Below, one piece after another: positions 1 through 8,857 of a DNA stretch of 32,000 nucleotides. This stretch comes from Desulfobulbus propionicus DSM 2032 (lineage in GTDB: Bacteria; Desulfobacterota; Desulfobulbia; Desulfobulbales; Desulfobulbaceae): positions 3,390,001-3,422,000 of the forward strand of contig NC_014972.1 of NCBI RefSeq assembly GCF_000186885.1, in the 5' to 3' direction. The position numbers and the translations under genes are program-made. Positions within the stretch are counted from its first letter, which is position 1. Each line of letters opens with the position of its first letter. The notes beneath the pieces were generated by a model. That model was not told where the DNA came from. It saw nothing but the letters and a program-made list of their open reading frames with translations, and ran no database searches.

Positions 1-384
1 TATCACGAAGAACTGCGGGCGGCTGGGCTGACCGCGCTGTTTCGCGACTCGACGGCGGCCTGGGTGATCGAATTGGTGGAGCATATCTCGGCGGCGGGTC
101 CCAGCCAGCCCGAACAGCTGCTGACAACGATCGACAACGAAACCATCCGGGCCTACATCATTCAGCTCCTGACCCAGGTACCATCTGGCATCGAACCGGA
201 ATCCGATCATGCCCGGCGAACCTGTGACGAACTGCTCCAGTGGCTGCACCAGGAGCAACAACGTCGTGATGGCGCGGCCCTGCAGGAACAGATCAACCTG
301 GCCCAACAGCACGGGAATGCGGAGCTGCTGATGGAACTGCTCCGGCGGAAACAGGAAATTGGAAAAAAAAGAACGGGATTTTGA
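1..384 (+). CDS. dnaG: DNA primase DnaG, C-terminal fragment (5' end lies outside the window)
   Basis: Frame 1 is open from base 1 (YHEELRAAGLTALFRD...) to the stop at 382-384. The sequence is a helical, Q/L/E-rich tail. It lies directly upstream of rpoD, matching the classical dnaG-rpoD arrangement. The call rests mainly on synteny, because no catalytic motif falls inside the window. Confidence 0.5.
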   Translation, partial: YHEELRAAGLTALFRDSTAAWVIELVEHISAAGPSQPEQLLTTIDNETIRAYIIQLLTQVPSGIEPESDHARRTCDELLQWLHQEQQRRDGAALQEQINLAQQHGNAELLMELLRRKQEIGKKRTGF

Positions 385-609
385 TTTAACCTGTTGAAAA
401 AAGATACAAATCGGATTAATTCAAAAAATTGTATTTTGGATTGGTCTCCAAGATTGGCTTCATGCGGCCGCCCGAGTGTGTCGCCTGGATGACCGCTCCT
501 TGTATTCATTTAATTTTCTTCTAATTTTACCTCTTGCTGTCGGAGGCTTCACGGATGATCCCTGGCACCGCCGGTTTAAAATTTTTGACGGCTTTCTTGA
601 GGAGGAATA

Positions 610-2211
610 ATGGACACGGAGCATGACATTCTGGACGACGATTTGGGGCCTGAAGGGTTTCCCGGTTCCAGTCGGCCGAGGTGGAACGGCGCACTTTCCG
701 AGGTTGAAGATGACTGGGCGGTGCGCAACGGTATCGAGCGCCGATCCTCCTTCGACCGCCGTGCTGGCGAGGATCGTCGCAGCGGCGACCGCCGGGGCAT
801 GGGCAGCAGCATCGACCCCATGAATATCTATCTGCGTGAGATGGGGAACCAGCGACTGCTCAAGCACGAGGAGGAGATGGAACTGGCCCGCATGGTCGAG
901 GAAGGGGAAACCCGCATTCAATCGGCGGTGCTGCGGCTGACGCTGGGCATCACCGCCCTCAACGATCTAGCGGAAAACCTGCTGCGCGGCAATGTGCGGA
1001 TCAATTCCGTCATCCGGGGGCTTTCCGACAACGACGAGAAGGAACTGACCGCTATGCGCGACGCCTTTCTCGACCAGGTGGAAAAAGCCAACGAACTGGA
1101 TGGCAAGCGGCGGGAGTTGTTCCTGGAGCTCAAAAAAACCGCGGGCAACGAGGCTAGGGAACGGCAGCTCGTCGATGAAATTCTCAAGGTGGGCGAGGCG
1201 ATCTCGGCGCTGTTCCGCGACTACCGGATGTGCTCCAAAGGCATCCTCTCCGTGGCCGATGCAGTCAAGGAACTGGCGCAGAAATTCAACAAGGTCCGGG
1301 TGGTTGCCCGACAGCAGGAACTGCTGCTGGCGGCCCGCCATCATCAGCTGGACGATGAACAGGGCCAGATCCGACCGGCCGAGGTGGAGCAGCGCGTGAC
1401 CCTGGAACTGGCCGAGACCATCGGCATCTCCTGGCCCGCGTTTATCGAGGTGCAACAGGAGATCGAAATCGGAAGGGAAACCGCCCGCCAGGCCAAGGAA
1501 ACCCTGGTGCGGGCCAATTTGCGCCTGGTGATTTCGGTCTCGAAAAAATTCATGAACCGGGGCATGCAGCTGCCCGACCTGATCCAGGAAGGCAACATCG
1601 GCCTGATGAAGGCAGTGGAAAAATATGACTACAAACGCGGCTATAAATTTTCCACCTATGCGACCTGGTGGATTCGCCAGGCCGTGACCCGCGGAATTGC
1701 CGACCAGGGCCGGACCATCCGCCTGCCGGTGCACATGATCGAGACCATCAACCGCATGCTCCGCTTTTCCAAGGACTTTCAGCGCATCGAGAGCCGCGAG
1801 CCCACGCCCGAGGAGATGGCCAAGCAGCTGGGGACGGATGTGGAAAAAGTCCAGGTGGCCCTAAAAACCGCCAAGGACGCCATTTCGCTCGACGCGCCGG
1901 TGAATGACGAGGAAGACACCCTGCTTAGCGATTTCATCGAAGACCATGCCCATCCGGACCCGCAGGAGCATTCGATCACCGAAAGTCTCAAACGTTGCCT
2001 GTGCAAGGTCATGGGGTCGTTGACGCCACGGGAGGAAAAGGTGCTGCGCATGCGCTACGGGATTGAAATCGGCTGCGACCACACCCTGGAAGAGGTCGGC
2101 CAGTGTTTTGCCGTCACCCGGGAGCGCATCCGCCAGATCGAGGCCCAGGCCCTGAAAAAACTGCGACACCCGGCCAGGAGCCAGGATCTGCAAGCCTTTA
2201 TCCAGGACTGA
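610..2211 (+). CDS. rpoD: RNA polymerase primary sigma factor (sigma-70 family, RpoD)
   Basis: Region 1.2 reads [11 protein letters not shown]. Region 2 reads [59 protein letters not shown]. Region 4 reads [37 protein letters not shown] ribosome-binding site lies at 598-605. Confidence 0.95.
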   Translation: MDTEHDILDDDLGPEGFPGSSRPRWNGALSEVEDDWAVRNGIERRSSFDRRAGEDRRSGDRRGMGSSIDPMNIYLREMGNQRLLKHEEEMELARMVEEGETRIQSAVLRLTLGITALNDLAENLLRGNVRINSVIRGLSDNDEKELTAMRDAFLDQVEKANELDGKRRELFLELKKTAGNEARERQLVDEILKVGEAISALFRDYRMCSKGILSVADAVKELAQKFNKVRVVARQQELLLAARHHQLDDEQGQIRPAEVEQRVTLELAETIGISWPAFIEVQQEIEIGRETARQAKETLVRANLRLVISVSKKFMNRGMQLPDLIQEGNIGLMKAVEKYDYKRGYKFSTYATWWIRQAVTRGIADQGRTIRLPVHMIETINRMLRFSKDFQRIESREPTPEEMAKQLGTDVEKVQVALKTAKDAISLDAPVNDEEDTLLSDFIEDHAHPDPQEHSITESLKRCLCKVMGSLTPREEKVLRMRYGIEIGCDHTLEEVGQCFAVTRERIRQIEAQALKKLRHPARSQDLQAFIQD

Positions 2212-2217
2212 AGCGCC

Positions 2218-3348
2218 TTGCCCCTCTGCCCTGACGCCGAAGACTGGCTCACCCTTTCCTTGCTGCCCGGTTTAGGCTGCGTGCTGATCTGGCGCCTGGT
2301 GCGGCAGGCAGGCTCGCCGGGTGAAGCCTTGCGGCTGGGTGCCCGTCCTTCAGCCGTTCCCGGTATCGGCCCGCGCCTCCTGGCCCTGATGGCCGACAGC
2401 GCGCAGGTGGCCGTTGCCCGGCAGCTGGCGCAACGCGAGTTGGAGCGGATCGAGCGGCTGGGCATTTCCCTGCTGAGCCTGTACAGCCCCGATTACCCCG
2501 AACTCCTCCGCACCATCCCCGATCCGCCGGTTCTGCTCTACTGCCGGGGCGACCTGGCGATATTGCGCCAGCCGACTGTGGCCGTCATCGGCTCGCGGGC
2601 CGCCACCGACTACGGTCGGCGCATGGCGGCCCTCCTGGCGGCCGAGCTCGTTGCCCAGGACATCACCATCGTCTCCGGTGCCGCCTACGGCATCGATGCC
2701 GCGGCCCATCGCGGCGCGCTACGGGCTGGTGGCGCCACCGTCGCCGTCCTCGGCTGCGGCGTCGATGTGGTCTATCCGCGCGCCCACGCCGACCTGTTCC
2801 AGGAACTTGCCGCCCAGGGGCTGCTGCTTTCCGAATACCCCTTGGGTACACCGCCTGAAGGATTTCGTTTTCCGGCCCGCAACCGCATCATCAGCGGCTT
2901 GGCCAAGGGCGTGGTGGTGGTCGAGGCCACGGAAAAATCAGGCTCGTTGATCACCGCCCGCTTGGCCCTGGATCAGGGACGCGAAGTCTTCGCCGTGCCC
3001 GGCCGTATTGATTCGCCCAAAAGCTCCGGCACCCACCGGCTCATCCAGCAGGGCGCCCATCTGGTTCATGGGGCAACGGATATTGTCGAGGCCCTAGCCT
3101 GGGAAAGCGGCACCGGTCCGTGCGGCCTAGCCGAGAAAGCGGCCGCAACCGGTCCTTCCCCGCAGGTCAGTCCCGCGGAACAACACCTTCTCCTCTCCTT
3201 GGACGCCTATCCCCGGGACATCGACACCCTGGTCCGCATGACAGGCTTGCCCATTGTCGACCTTCACACCCTGCTCCTGCAACTGGAGCTCAAGGGTCTG
3301 ATACGGCAATTGCCGGGGCAGCTCTACGAACGCCGGCTCATGGATTGA
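2218..3348 (+). CDS. dprA: DNA-processing protein DprA (Smf)
   Basis: The Rossmann-like core reads VAVIGSRAATDYGRRMA...IVSGAAYGIDAAAHRGAL...FPARNRIISGLAKGVVVVEA..KSGSLITARLALDQGREVFAVPG. The putative TTG start is only 6 nt after the rpoD stop and has no clear ribosome-binding site, so the start is uncertain. Confidence 0.88.
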   Translation: MPLCPDAEDWLTLSLLPGLGCVLIWRLVRQAGSPGEALRLGARPSAVPGIGPRLLALMADSAQVAVARQLAQRELERIERLGISLLSLYSPDYPELLRTIPDPPVLLYCRGDLAILRQPTVAVIGSRAATDYGRRMAALLAAELVAQDITIVSGAAYGIDAAAHRGALRAGGATVAVLGCGVDVVYPRAHADLFQELAAQGLLLSEYPLGTPPEGFRFPARNRIISGLAKGVVVVEATEKSGSLITARLALDQGREVFAVPGRIDSPKSSGTHRLIQQGAHLVHGATDIVEALAWESGTGPCGLAEKAAATGPSPQVSPAEQHLLLSLDAYPRDIDTLVRMTGLPIVDLHTLLLQLELKGLIRQLPGQLYERRLMD

Positions 3349-3474
3349 TTTTTTCCTCTCCCGTCCCGCCTGAAATCTCGCTCTTTCCGCGAGGATTCTG
3401 GTATGATGCTTATTCAACCCTTCCACCAATCCCTTTCCATGGGAGCCCAGCCTCCCGCCAAGGAGAACCAGCGT

Positions 3475-4137
3475 ATGCGCTCCACGATGATTGCGCCCTC
3501 GATCCTCTCCGCCGATTTTTCCCGCCTGGGCGACGAGATCAGGGCCGTAGAGGCCGCCGGCGCCGACGTGATCCACGTTGATGTCATGGACGGCCATTTT
3601 GTACCGAACATCACCATCGGCCCCCTGATCGTCAAGGCGGCGCGGGCGGCAACCACCCTGCCACTCGATGTGCATCTGATGATCACCGATCCGGACCGGT
3701 ATCTGCAGGATTTCATCGATGCCGGCGCCGACTGGGTGACCGTCCATGTCGAGGCCTGCACCCACCTCCATCGGACCCTTTCCTTCATTCGCGCCAGGGG
3801 AAAAAAAGCCGGCGCGGTGCTCAACCCGGCCACCTCGCTGACGACCCTGGAGTATGTGCTGGCCGAGGTGGATCTGGTGATGCTCATGAGTGTCAATCCA
3901 GGATTCGGCGGCCAGTCGTTTATCGAATCTTCCCTGGACAAAATTGCCCGCTTGCGGCGGATGCTCGATGCGGTCAATCCGGAGGCGGGTATCGAGGTCG
4001 ACGGCGGCATCAGCCCGGCAACCATCGGCCGGGTTGCCGACGCCGGGGCCAATATTTTTGTCGCCGGATCGGCCATTTATGGCCACGACGATTATCAGGC
4101 GGCCATCCACACGATGAAGGAACGGGCACAACGGTAA
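3475..4137 (+). CDS. rpe: Ribulose-phosphate 3-epimerase
   Basis: The translation reads [18 protein letters not shown]...[20 protein letters not shown]...LDVHLMI...[13 protein letters not shown]...IEVDGGI. I chose the ATG at 3475 because AAGGAG lies at 3461-3466. The ORF-track start at 3403 adds 24 non-homologous residues. Confidence 0.92.
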   Translation: MRSTMIAPSILSADFSRLGDEIRAVEAAGADVIHVDVMDGHFVPNITIGPLIVKAARAATTLPLDVHLMITDPDRYLQDFIDAGADWVTVHVEACTHLHRTLSFIRARGKKAGAVLNPATSLTTLEYVLAEVDLVMLMSVNPGFGGQSFIESSLDKIARLRRMLDAVNPEAGIEVDGGISPATIGRVADAGANIFVAGSAIYGHDDYQAAIHTMKERAQR

Positions 4138-4159
4138 TCAACCCTGCACGGAGGTGCTC

Positions 4160-5758
4160 ATGCAACTCAAGGATTTTTCCTCTCACAAGTCCGTGGCCAA
4201 ACTCGCCTCCCTGGCGCGCACTCCCCATGACCTGACCGCGGTGGACGGGCTGACCGCCCAGCGGATCGAGGACTATGCGGTTTCCTTTTGCGGGTTTGAT
4301 CTGCTTTACGGAACCCAGCGCGTCACCCCTGAAGTCATCGACGCCCTGCAGCAACTGGCCGACGAGGCCGGACTGATCGATGCCTTCCTGGCCATGAAGG
4401 AGGGCGAGGTGCTCAACCGCATCGAAGGGTATGCGAGCGAAAACCGGCAAGTGCTGCACACCGCCAGCCGCGATGTGTTCACCGAACGCCCGAGGGAGCC
4501 CAAGGCTGCCGCCAAAGCCAAGGAACAGCTCGCCAAATTGCACCGCTTTCTCGAAGGGGTCGACAACGGCTCCATAGCCAATGCCCAAGGACATCTCTTC
4601 ACCACCATGGTGCAGGTGGGCATCGGCGGTTCCGATCTTGGCCCGCGGGCACTGTACCTGGCGCTACAGCGCTATTGCCGGCCGGGACGCTCGGCACGAT
4701 TCATCGCCAATGTCGACCCTGATGATGTGGCCGCGGTACTGCGGGAACTGGACCTTTCCCGCTGCCTGTTCAACGTCGTCTCCAAAAGCGGCACCACCCT
4801 GGAGACCTTGACCAATGAACAACTGGTTCGGGAGGCCTTGCTCCAGGCGGGGCTGAATCCCGCCCACCACATGGTGGCGGTGACCGGCGAAGGGAGCCCC
4901 ATGGACGACGCCACCAAGTACCTTGCTTCCTTCCACATGTACGACTACATCGGCGGCCGCTATTCGGCCACCTCCATGGTCGGCCTGGTGACGCTTGGAT
5001 TCGCCCTGGGCGTTGAGGCGGTCCGTGCGCTGCTCGAAGGGGCTCATGCCGTCGATCTCGCTGCCGAGGAACGGGATATCCGCAAGAATGTCCCCCTGTT
5101 GATGGCCCTCTTGGGTATATGGAATCACAATTTCCTCGGACATGCCACCATAGCAATCCTACCCTACAGCCAGGCCCTGGCGCGTTTTCCCGCCCACTTG
5201 CAGCAGTGCGACATGGAGAGCAATGGTAAATCGGTAACCCGTCAAGGCAATCCAGTGACCTGGCAGACCGGCCCGATTGTCTGGGGCGAGCCCGGCACCA
5301 ACGGCCAGCATGCCTTTTACCAACTGATCCATCAAGGCACTGAAATTGTCCCAGCTGAATTCATCGGATTTCGCCACAACCAGTACGGAATCGATCTTGA
5401 GGTACAGGGAACCAGTTCGCAGCAGAAGTTGATTACCAACATGCTCGCCCAATCCCTGGCCCTGGCCATGGGCAAGGACGACACCAATCCGGCCCGCCGT
5501 TTTGCCGGGAACCGCCCTAACCTGGTGCTCATCGCCGACCGTCTGACGCCCTCAACCATGGGGGCACTGCTGGCCATCTATGAACATCGCATCGCCTTTC
5601 AGGGGTTTTGCTGGAACGTCAATTCGTTTGATCAGGAGGGCGTGCAACTGGGCAAGGTGCTGGCCACTCGTCTCCTCGGCTTGCTAACCGACCAGGGGCA
5701 GAGTGCGCGCGACGACAGCCTGGAAAAAAGCCTGCTCCGCCGAAGCGGAATGCTCTGA
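4160..5758 (+). CDS. pgi: Glucose-6-phosphate isomerase
   Basis: Motifs present are VQVGIGGSDLGPRAL, VVSKSGTTLETL, GGRYSATSMVGL, QQCDMESNGK and GTNGQHAFYQLIHQG. The ATG at 4160 is preceded by GGAGG at 4150-4154. An in-frame GTG at 4154 is an alternative start. Confidence 0.9.
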   Translation: MQLKDFSSHKSVAKLASLARTPHDLTAVDGLTAQRIEDYAVSFCGFDLLYGTQRVTPEVIDALQQLADEAGLIDAFLAMKEGEVLNRIEGYASENRQVLHTASRDVFTERPREPKAAAKAKEQLAKLHRFLEGVDNGSIANAQGHLFTTMVQVGIGGSDLGPRALYLALQRYCRPGRSARFIANVDPDDVAAVLRELDLSRCLFNVVSKSGTTLETLTNEQLVREALLQAGLNPAHHMVAVTGEGSPMDDATKYLASFHMYDYIGGRYSATSMVGLVTLGFALGVEAVRALLEGAHAVDLAAEERDIRKNVPLLMALLGIWNHNFLGHATIAILPYSQALARFPAHLQQCDMESNGKSVTRQGNPVTWQTGPIVWGEPGTNGQHAFYQLIHQGTEIVPAEFIGFRHNQYGIDLEVQGTSSQQKLITNMLAQSLALAMGKDDTNPARRFAGNRPNLVLIADRLTPSTMGALLAIYEHRIAFQGFCWNVNSFDQEGVQLGKVLATRLLGLLTDQGQSARDDSLEKSLLRRSGML

Positions 5759-5814
5759 TCCAAGGGGGGTTCCGGGGCTGTTTTCTTGGCGCGACGGCAG
5801 GTTATGATTTTTTG

Positions 5815-5843
5815 TTGACAAAGACTTTACGGACGTTTATGCT
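5815..5843 (+). promoter_or_regulatory. Candidate sigma-70 promoter of dsrA
   Basis: TTGACA (5815-5820), a 17-nt spacer, then TATGCT (5838-5843). The site lies in an AT-rich gap about 125 nt upstream of the dsrA ATG. It is sequence-based only, with no transcript data. Confidence 0.45.
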
Positions 5844-5969
5844 CGCCTCCTGAATGAGCATTCAATATGGTATTGTGCGTTCTTGCCTGTATTGACGTGC
5901 AATTCTCGTTCAGGTCATCCTAACCGACCGGTATTTTTCAACCACATAATCTCTTCAGGAGGAACACTG

Positions 5970-7256
5970 ATGGCAAAGCATGAAACGCCTCTATTGGACG
6001 AACTGGAAAAAGGTCCATGGCCGAGTTTCGTCACCGACCTCAAGCAGCAGGCAGCAACCAAGCCTGAGTGTTGGGACATTCTGGGCCAGCTTGAGCTTTC
6101 ATACAAAGATCGGATCACCCATTGGAAGCATGGCGGTATCGTCGGTGTTTTTGGCTACGGCGGTGGTATCGTTGGCCGCTACTCTGATGTTCCCACCCAG
6201 TTTCCTGGCGTAGAGCACTTCCATACCGTACGTATCGCCCAGCCCTCCGGCCTCTATTACACCACCGAGAACCTTCGCGCCCTGATGGATCTGTGGGAGA
6301 AATACGGTTCGGGCGTCACCAACCTGCACGGTTCCACCGGTGACATGATCTTCCTCGGCACCCGCACCGAGAATCTCGAGCCCCTCTTCTGGGATCTGAC
6401 CCATGACCTGAATCAGGATCTGGGTGGTTCCGGTTCCAACCTGCGTACCCCCTCCTGCTGTCTGGGTGACTCCCGTTGTGAGTGGGCCTGTTACGATGCG
6501 CAGGAAATGTGCAACAGCCTGACCCAACGCTATCAGGACGAGATCCATCGTCCGGCCTTCCCTTATAAGTTTAAGTTCAAATTCTCCGCCTGTCCGAACG
6601 ACTGCGTTGCCGCCATCGCCCGCTCCGACTTTGCCGTCATCGGCACCTGGAAGGACAACATCCGTATCGACCAGGCCGCCGTGCAGAAATACATCGCCGG
6701 TGACGCCGCGTATCCGTCCAATGGTGGTGCCCACAAGGGCCGTGACTGGGGTAAATTCGACATTCAGAAAGAGGTCATCGACCTCTGCCCGACCCAGTGC
6801 ATGTGGATGGAAGGCAATGAATTGAAGATCGATGACGCCGAGTGTACCCGCTGCATGCACTGCATCAACGTCATGCCGCGTGCCCTCCGTCCTGGTGTCG
6901 AGAAAGGCGCCACCATCTGCATCGGCGCCAAAGCCCCGATCCTGGATGGTGCCCAGTTCGCCACTATGGTTATCCCTTTCATCGAGTGCAACGCTGAGAA
7001 CGATTTCGAAGAGATCGTCGATATGATCGAGAAAGTGTGGGATTGGTGGATGGAAGTCGGCAAGAACCGTGAGCGCGTTGGTGAGACCATGCAACGTATC
7101 GGCCTGCCTACCTTCCTCAGCGTCATGGAAGTTGAGCCCATGCCGCAGCATGTAAAAGAGCCGCGTTCCAACCCGTACGTCTTCTGGAAGGAAGAGGAAG
7201 TACCTGGCGGTTGGGAGCGTGACGTTGTTGAGTTCAGAAAGCGTCACGCTGCCTGA
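5970..7256 (+). CDS. dsrA: Dissimilatory sulfite reductase alpha subunit
   Basis: The N-terminus MAKHETPLLDELEKGPWPSFVTDLK is typical of DsrA. Siroheme/[4Fe-4S] cysteines appear in PSCCLGDSRCEWACYD and SACPNDCVAAIARSD. The ferredoxin-like motif is CTRCMHCINVMP. AGGAGG lies at 5957-5962, before the ATG at 5970. Confidence 0.95.
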   Translation: MAKHETPLLDELEKGPWPSFVTDLKQQAATKPECWDILGQLELSYKDRITHWKHGGIVGVFGYGGGIVGRYSDVPTQFPGVEHFHTVRIAQPSGLYYTTENLRALMDLWEKYGSGVTNLHGSTGDMIFLGTRTENLEPLFWDLTHDLNQDLGGSGSNLRTPSCCLGDSRCEWACYDAQEMCNSLTQRYQDEIHRPAFPYKFKFKFSACPNDCVAAIARSDFAVIGTWKDNIRIDQAAVQKYIAGDAAYPSNGGAHKGRDWGKFDIQKEVIDLCPTQCMWMEGNELKIDDAECTRCMHCINVMPRALRPGVEKGATICIGAKAPILDGAQFATMVIPFIECNAENDFEEIVDMIEKVWDWWMEVGKNRERVGETMQRIGLPTFLSVMEVEPMPQHVKEPRSNPYVFWKEEEVPGGWERDVVEFRKRHAA

Positions 7257-7306
7257 TAGTCGTCTCGAGATACTTTAACGGAACTACTTTATAAGGAGAT
7301 AATATA

Positions 7307-8449
7307 ATGGGTTACGATCCAAAGAATCCTATGGAAGGTCGGATTACCGACTTGGGACCGCGCTACTATGGGGATTTCCTGCCGCCTGTCATCAAAGAGA
7401 ACAAAGGCAAATGGCTGTATCATGAAATCCTTGAGCCCGGTGTACTCGTGCACGTTTCCGAGACCGGCGCCAAGGTCTACACTGTGCGGTGTGGCTCTGC
7501 CCGTCTGTTGACCGTCAACCGTGTACGTCTGTACTGCGATATCGCTGACAAGTGCTGCGGCGGTTACCTTCGTTTCACCACCCGTAACAACGTCGAGTTC
7601 ATGGTCGACAGCGAAGACAAATTGGCTGCTCTGAAAGCTGAACTTGCAAGTCACAAAGATGTCCTGCCGATCGGTGGTACCGGTGCCTGCGTCACCAACA
7701 TCGTGCACACCCAAGGCTGGGTACACTGCCATACCCCGGCCACGGACGCTTCTGGTCCGGTTAAGGCCGTCATGGATGACCTGTTCGAGTATTTTGGTTC
7801 CATGACCCTGCCGGCTCAGGTTCGTATCGCCCTGGCCTGCTGCTTGAACATGTGCGGTGCCGTACACGCTTCCGATATCGCCATCCTCGGTATCCATCGC
7901 AAGCCGCCGATGATCGACAATGATCGCATCAGCGGCGTGTGCGAGATCCCGCTGGCCATTGCCTCCTGTCCGTTGGGTGCGGTCAAGCCTGCCAAGGCCA
8001 CCAACTCCGCTGGCGAAGAAGTCAAGTCGGTCAAGGTTAACGCCGAGCGTTGTATGTTCTGCGGTAACTGCTACACCATGTGCCCGGCCATGCCGCTGGC
8101 CGATCCGGAAGGCGACGGTATCGCCATTCTGGTGGGCGGCAAGGTTTCCAACTCCAAGTCCGCGCCGAAGTTCTCCAAACTGGTTGTTCCGTTCCTGCCG
8201 AACACCACCCCGCGCTGGCCTGAGACTGTCGCCTGTGTACGTCAGATCCTGGAAGCCTATGCCAAAGATGCCAAGAAATATGAGCGTCTGGGCGAGTGGG
8301 CTGAGCGAATCGGTTGGGAGAAGTTCTTCGAGAAGACCGGTCTGCCCTTCACCGAGAAATCCATCGACGACTATCGTCTGGCGTACGACACTTGGCGGAC
8401 CACCACCCAGTTCAAATACACCAGTCATACAGCCGCATACACCAAGTAA
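7307..8449 (+). CDS. dsrB: Dissimilatory sulfite reductase beta subunit
   Basis: Motifs present are [72 protein letters not shown], and a ferredoxin insert [21 protein letters not shown] lies at 7293-7298. Confidence 0.95.
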   Translation: MGYDPKNPMEGRITDLGPRYYGDFLPPVIKENKGKWLYHEILEPGVLVHVSETGAKVYTVRCGSARLLTVNRVRLYCDIADKCCGGYLRFTTRNNVEFMVDSEDKLAALKAELASHKDVLPIGGTGACVTNIVHTQGWVHCHTPATDASGPVKAVMDDLFEYFGSMTLPAQVRIALACCLNMCGAVHASDIAILGIHRKPPMIDNDRISGVCEIPLAIASCPLGAVKPAKATNSAGEEVKSVKVNAERCMFCGNCYTMCPAMPLADPEGDGIAILVGGKVSNSKSAPKFSKLVVPFLPNTTPRWPETVACVRQILEAYAKDAKKYERLGEWAERIGWEKFFEKTGLPFTEKSIDDYRLAYDTWRTTTQFKYTSHTAAYTK

Positions 8450-8464
8450 TAGCAGGAAACCTAT

Positions 8465-8503
8465 GATCGGCCCTGAGCATCAGGGCCGATCTTTTTTGTG
8501 TTT
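8465..8503 (+). terminator. Intrinsic-terminator-like hairpin between dsrB and dsrD
   Basis: GATCGGCCCTGA (8465-8476) pairs perfectly with TCAGGGCCGATC (8480-8491). The stem is followed by TTTTTTGTGTTTTT. Confidence 0.6.
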
Positions 8504-8527
8504 TTCACACATCCCGAGGAGCGCGTT

Positions 8528-8758
8528 ATGGCACTAAGTATTGACGACCTTAAAAAAGCCATCATTGAAAAAGCGAAGAAATCACCCAAGCCACAGCTTT
8601 ACATTAAAGATTTTTATGAATGTGATCCGGATGCCAAACCGCGTGACATCAAAAAAGTCGCCAATGCGCTGGTCACCGAGGGTGAGTTGATGTTCTGGTC
8701 CTCTGGGTCTACCACCATGTATGCTCGGCCGGATCGCATTCAGAACGAAGAAAAGTAA
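8528..8758 (+). CDS. dsrD: DsrD, a small winged-helix protein of the dsr cluster
   Basis: The 76-aa product reads MALSIDDLKKAIIEKAKKSPKPQLYIKDFYECDPDAKPRDIKKVANALVTEGELMFWSSGSTTMYA. The gene lies immediately 3' of dsrB. GAGGAG lies at 8516-8521. The ORF-track GTG start at 8498 falls inside the preceding U-tract, so I rejected it. Confidence 0.88.
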   Translation: MALSIDDLKKAIIEKAKKSPKPQLYIKDFYECDPDAKPRDIKKVANALVTEGELMFWSSGSTTMYARPDRIQNEEK

Positions 8759-8789
8759 GCATTACTCGTTCTCGCAAAGCGTTTCCCAA

Positions 8790-8821
8790 GCAGAGATCCT
8801 CCTGGATCTCTGCTTTTTTTA
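8790..8821 (+). terminator. Rho-independent terminator after dsrD
   Basis: GCAGAGATCC (8790-8799), loop TCCT, GGATCTCTGC (8804-8813), then TTTTTTT. Confidence 0.75.
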
Positions 8822-8857
8822 TTCGCTTCCATGCACCCAGCATGTTCGCCCTACACC

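Noticed and set aside
563-580. CTGGCAC at 562-568 upstream of rpoD resembles a sigma-54 -24 element.
   Set aside because: The -12 position reads GTTTA rather than TTGC(A/T). A primary sigma gene is also an unlikely sigma-54 target. I treat it as a chance match.
3127-4131. A 334-aa ORF lies antisense to rpe. Similar long shadow ORFs occur at 14974-15624 (+), 23410-24246 (+), 30894-31883 (+), 967-1734 (-) and 20641-21351 (-).
   Set aside because: Each lies opposite a gene with clear family motifs (rpe, HAD, trxB, rluB/ubiD, rpoD, the kinase). Their translations are Arg/Gly/Pro-rich and look like non-protein sequence. The 30894-31883 ORF even spans an intergenic gap between two real genes.
6099-8428. 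Two very long antisense ORFs, 6099-7247 (-) of 382 aa and 7289-8428 (-) of 379 aa, mirror almost the whole of dsrA and dsrB.
   Set aside because: The plus-strand frames carry unmistakable DsrA and DsrB motifs. The antisense translations are low-complexity (G/V/D/T/A-rich) with no recognisable motifs. Long stop-free antisense frames are expected opposite GC3-biased, highly expressed genes.
10-8496. TTGTGTTTTTCACAC (8496-8510), upstream of dsrD, superficially resembles a Rex-type TTGTGA...TCACAA operator.
   Set aside because: The arms are only 4 bp (TGTG/CACA). The spacing is shorter than the 18-nt Rex consensus as I recall it. The T-run is better explained as the terminator U-tract.
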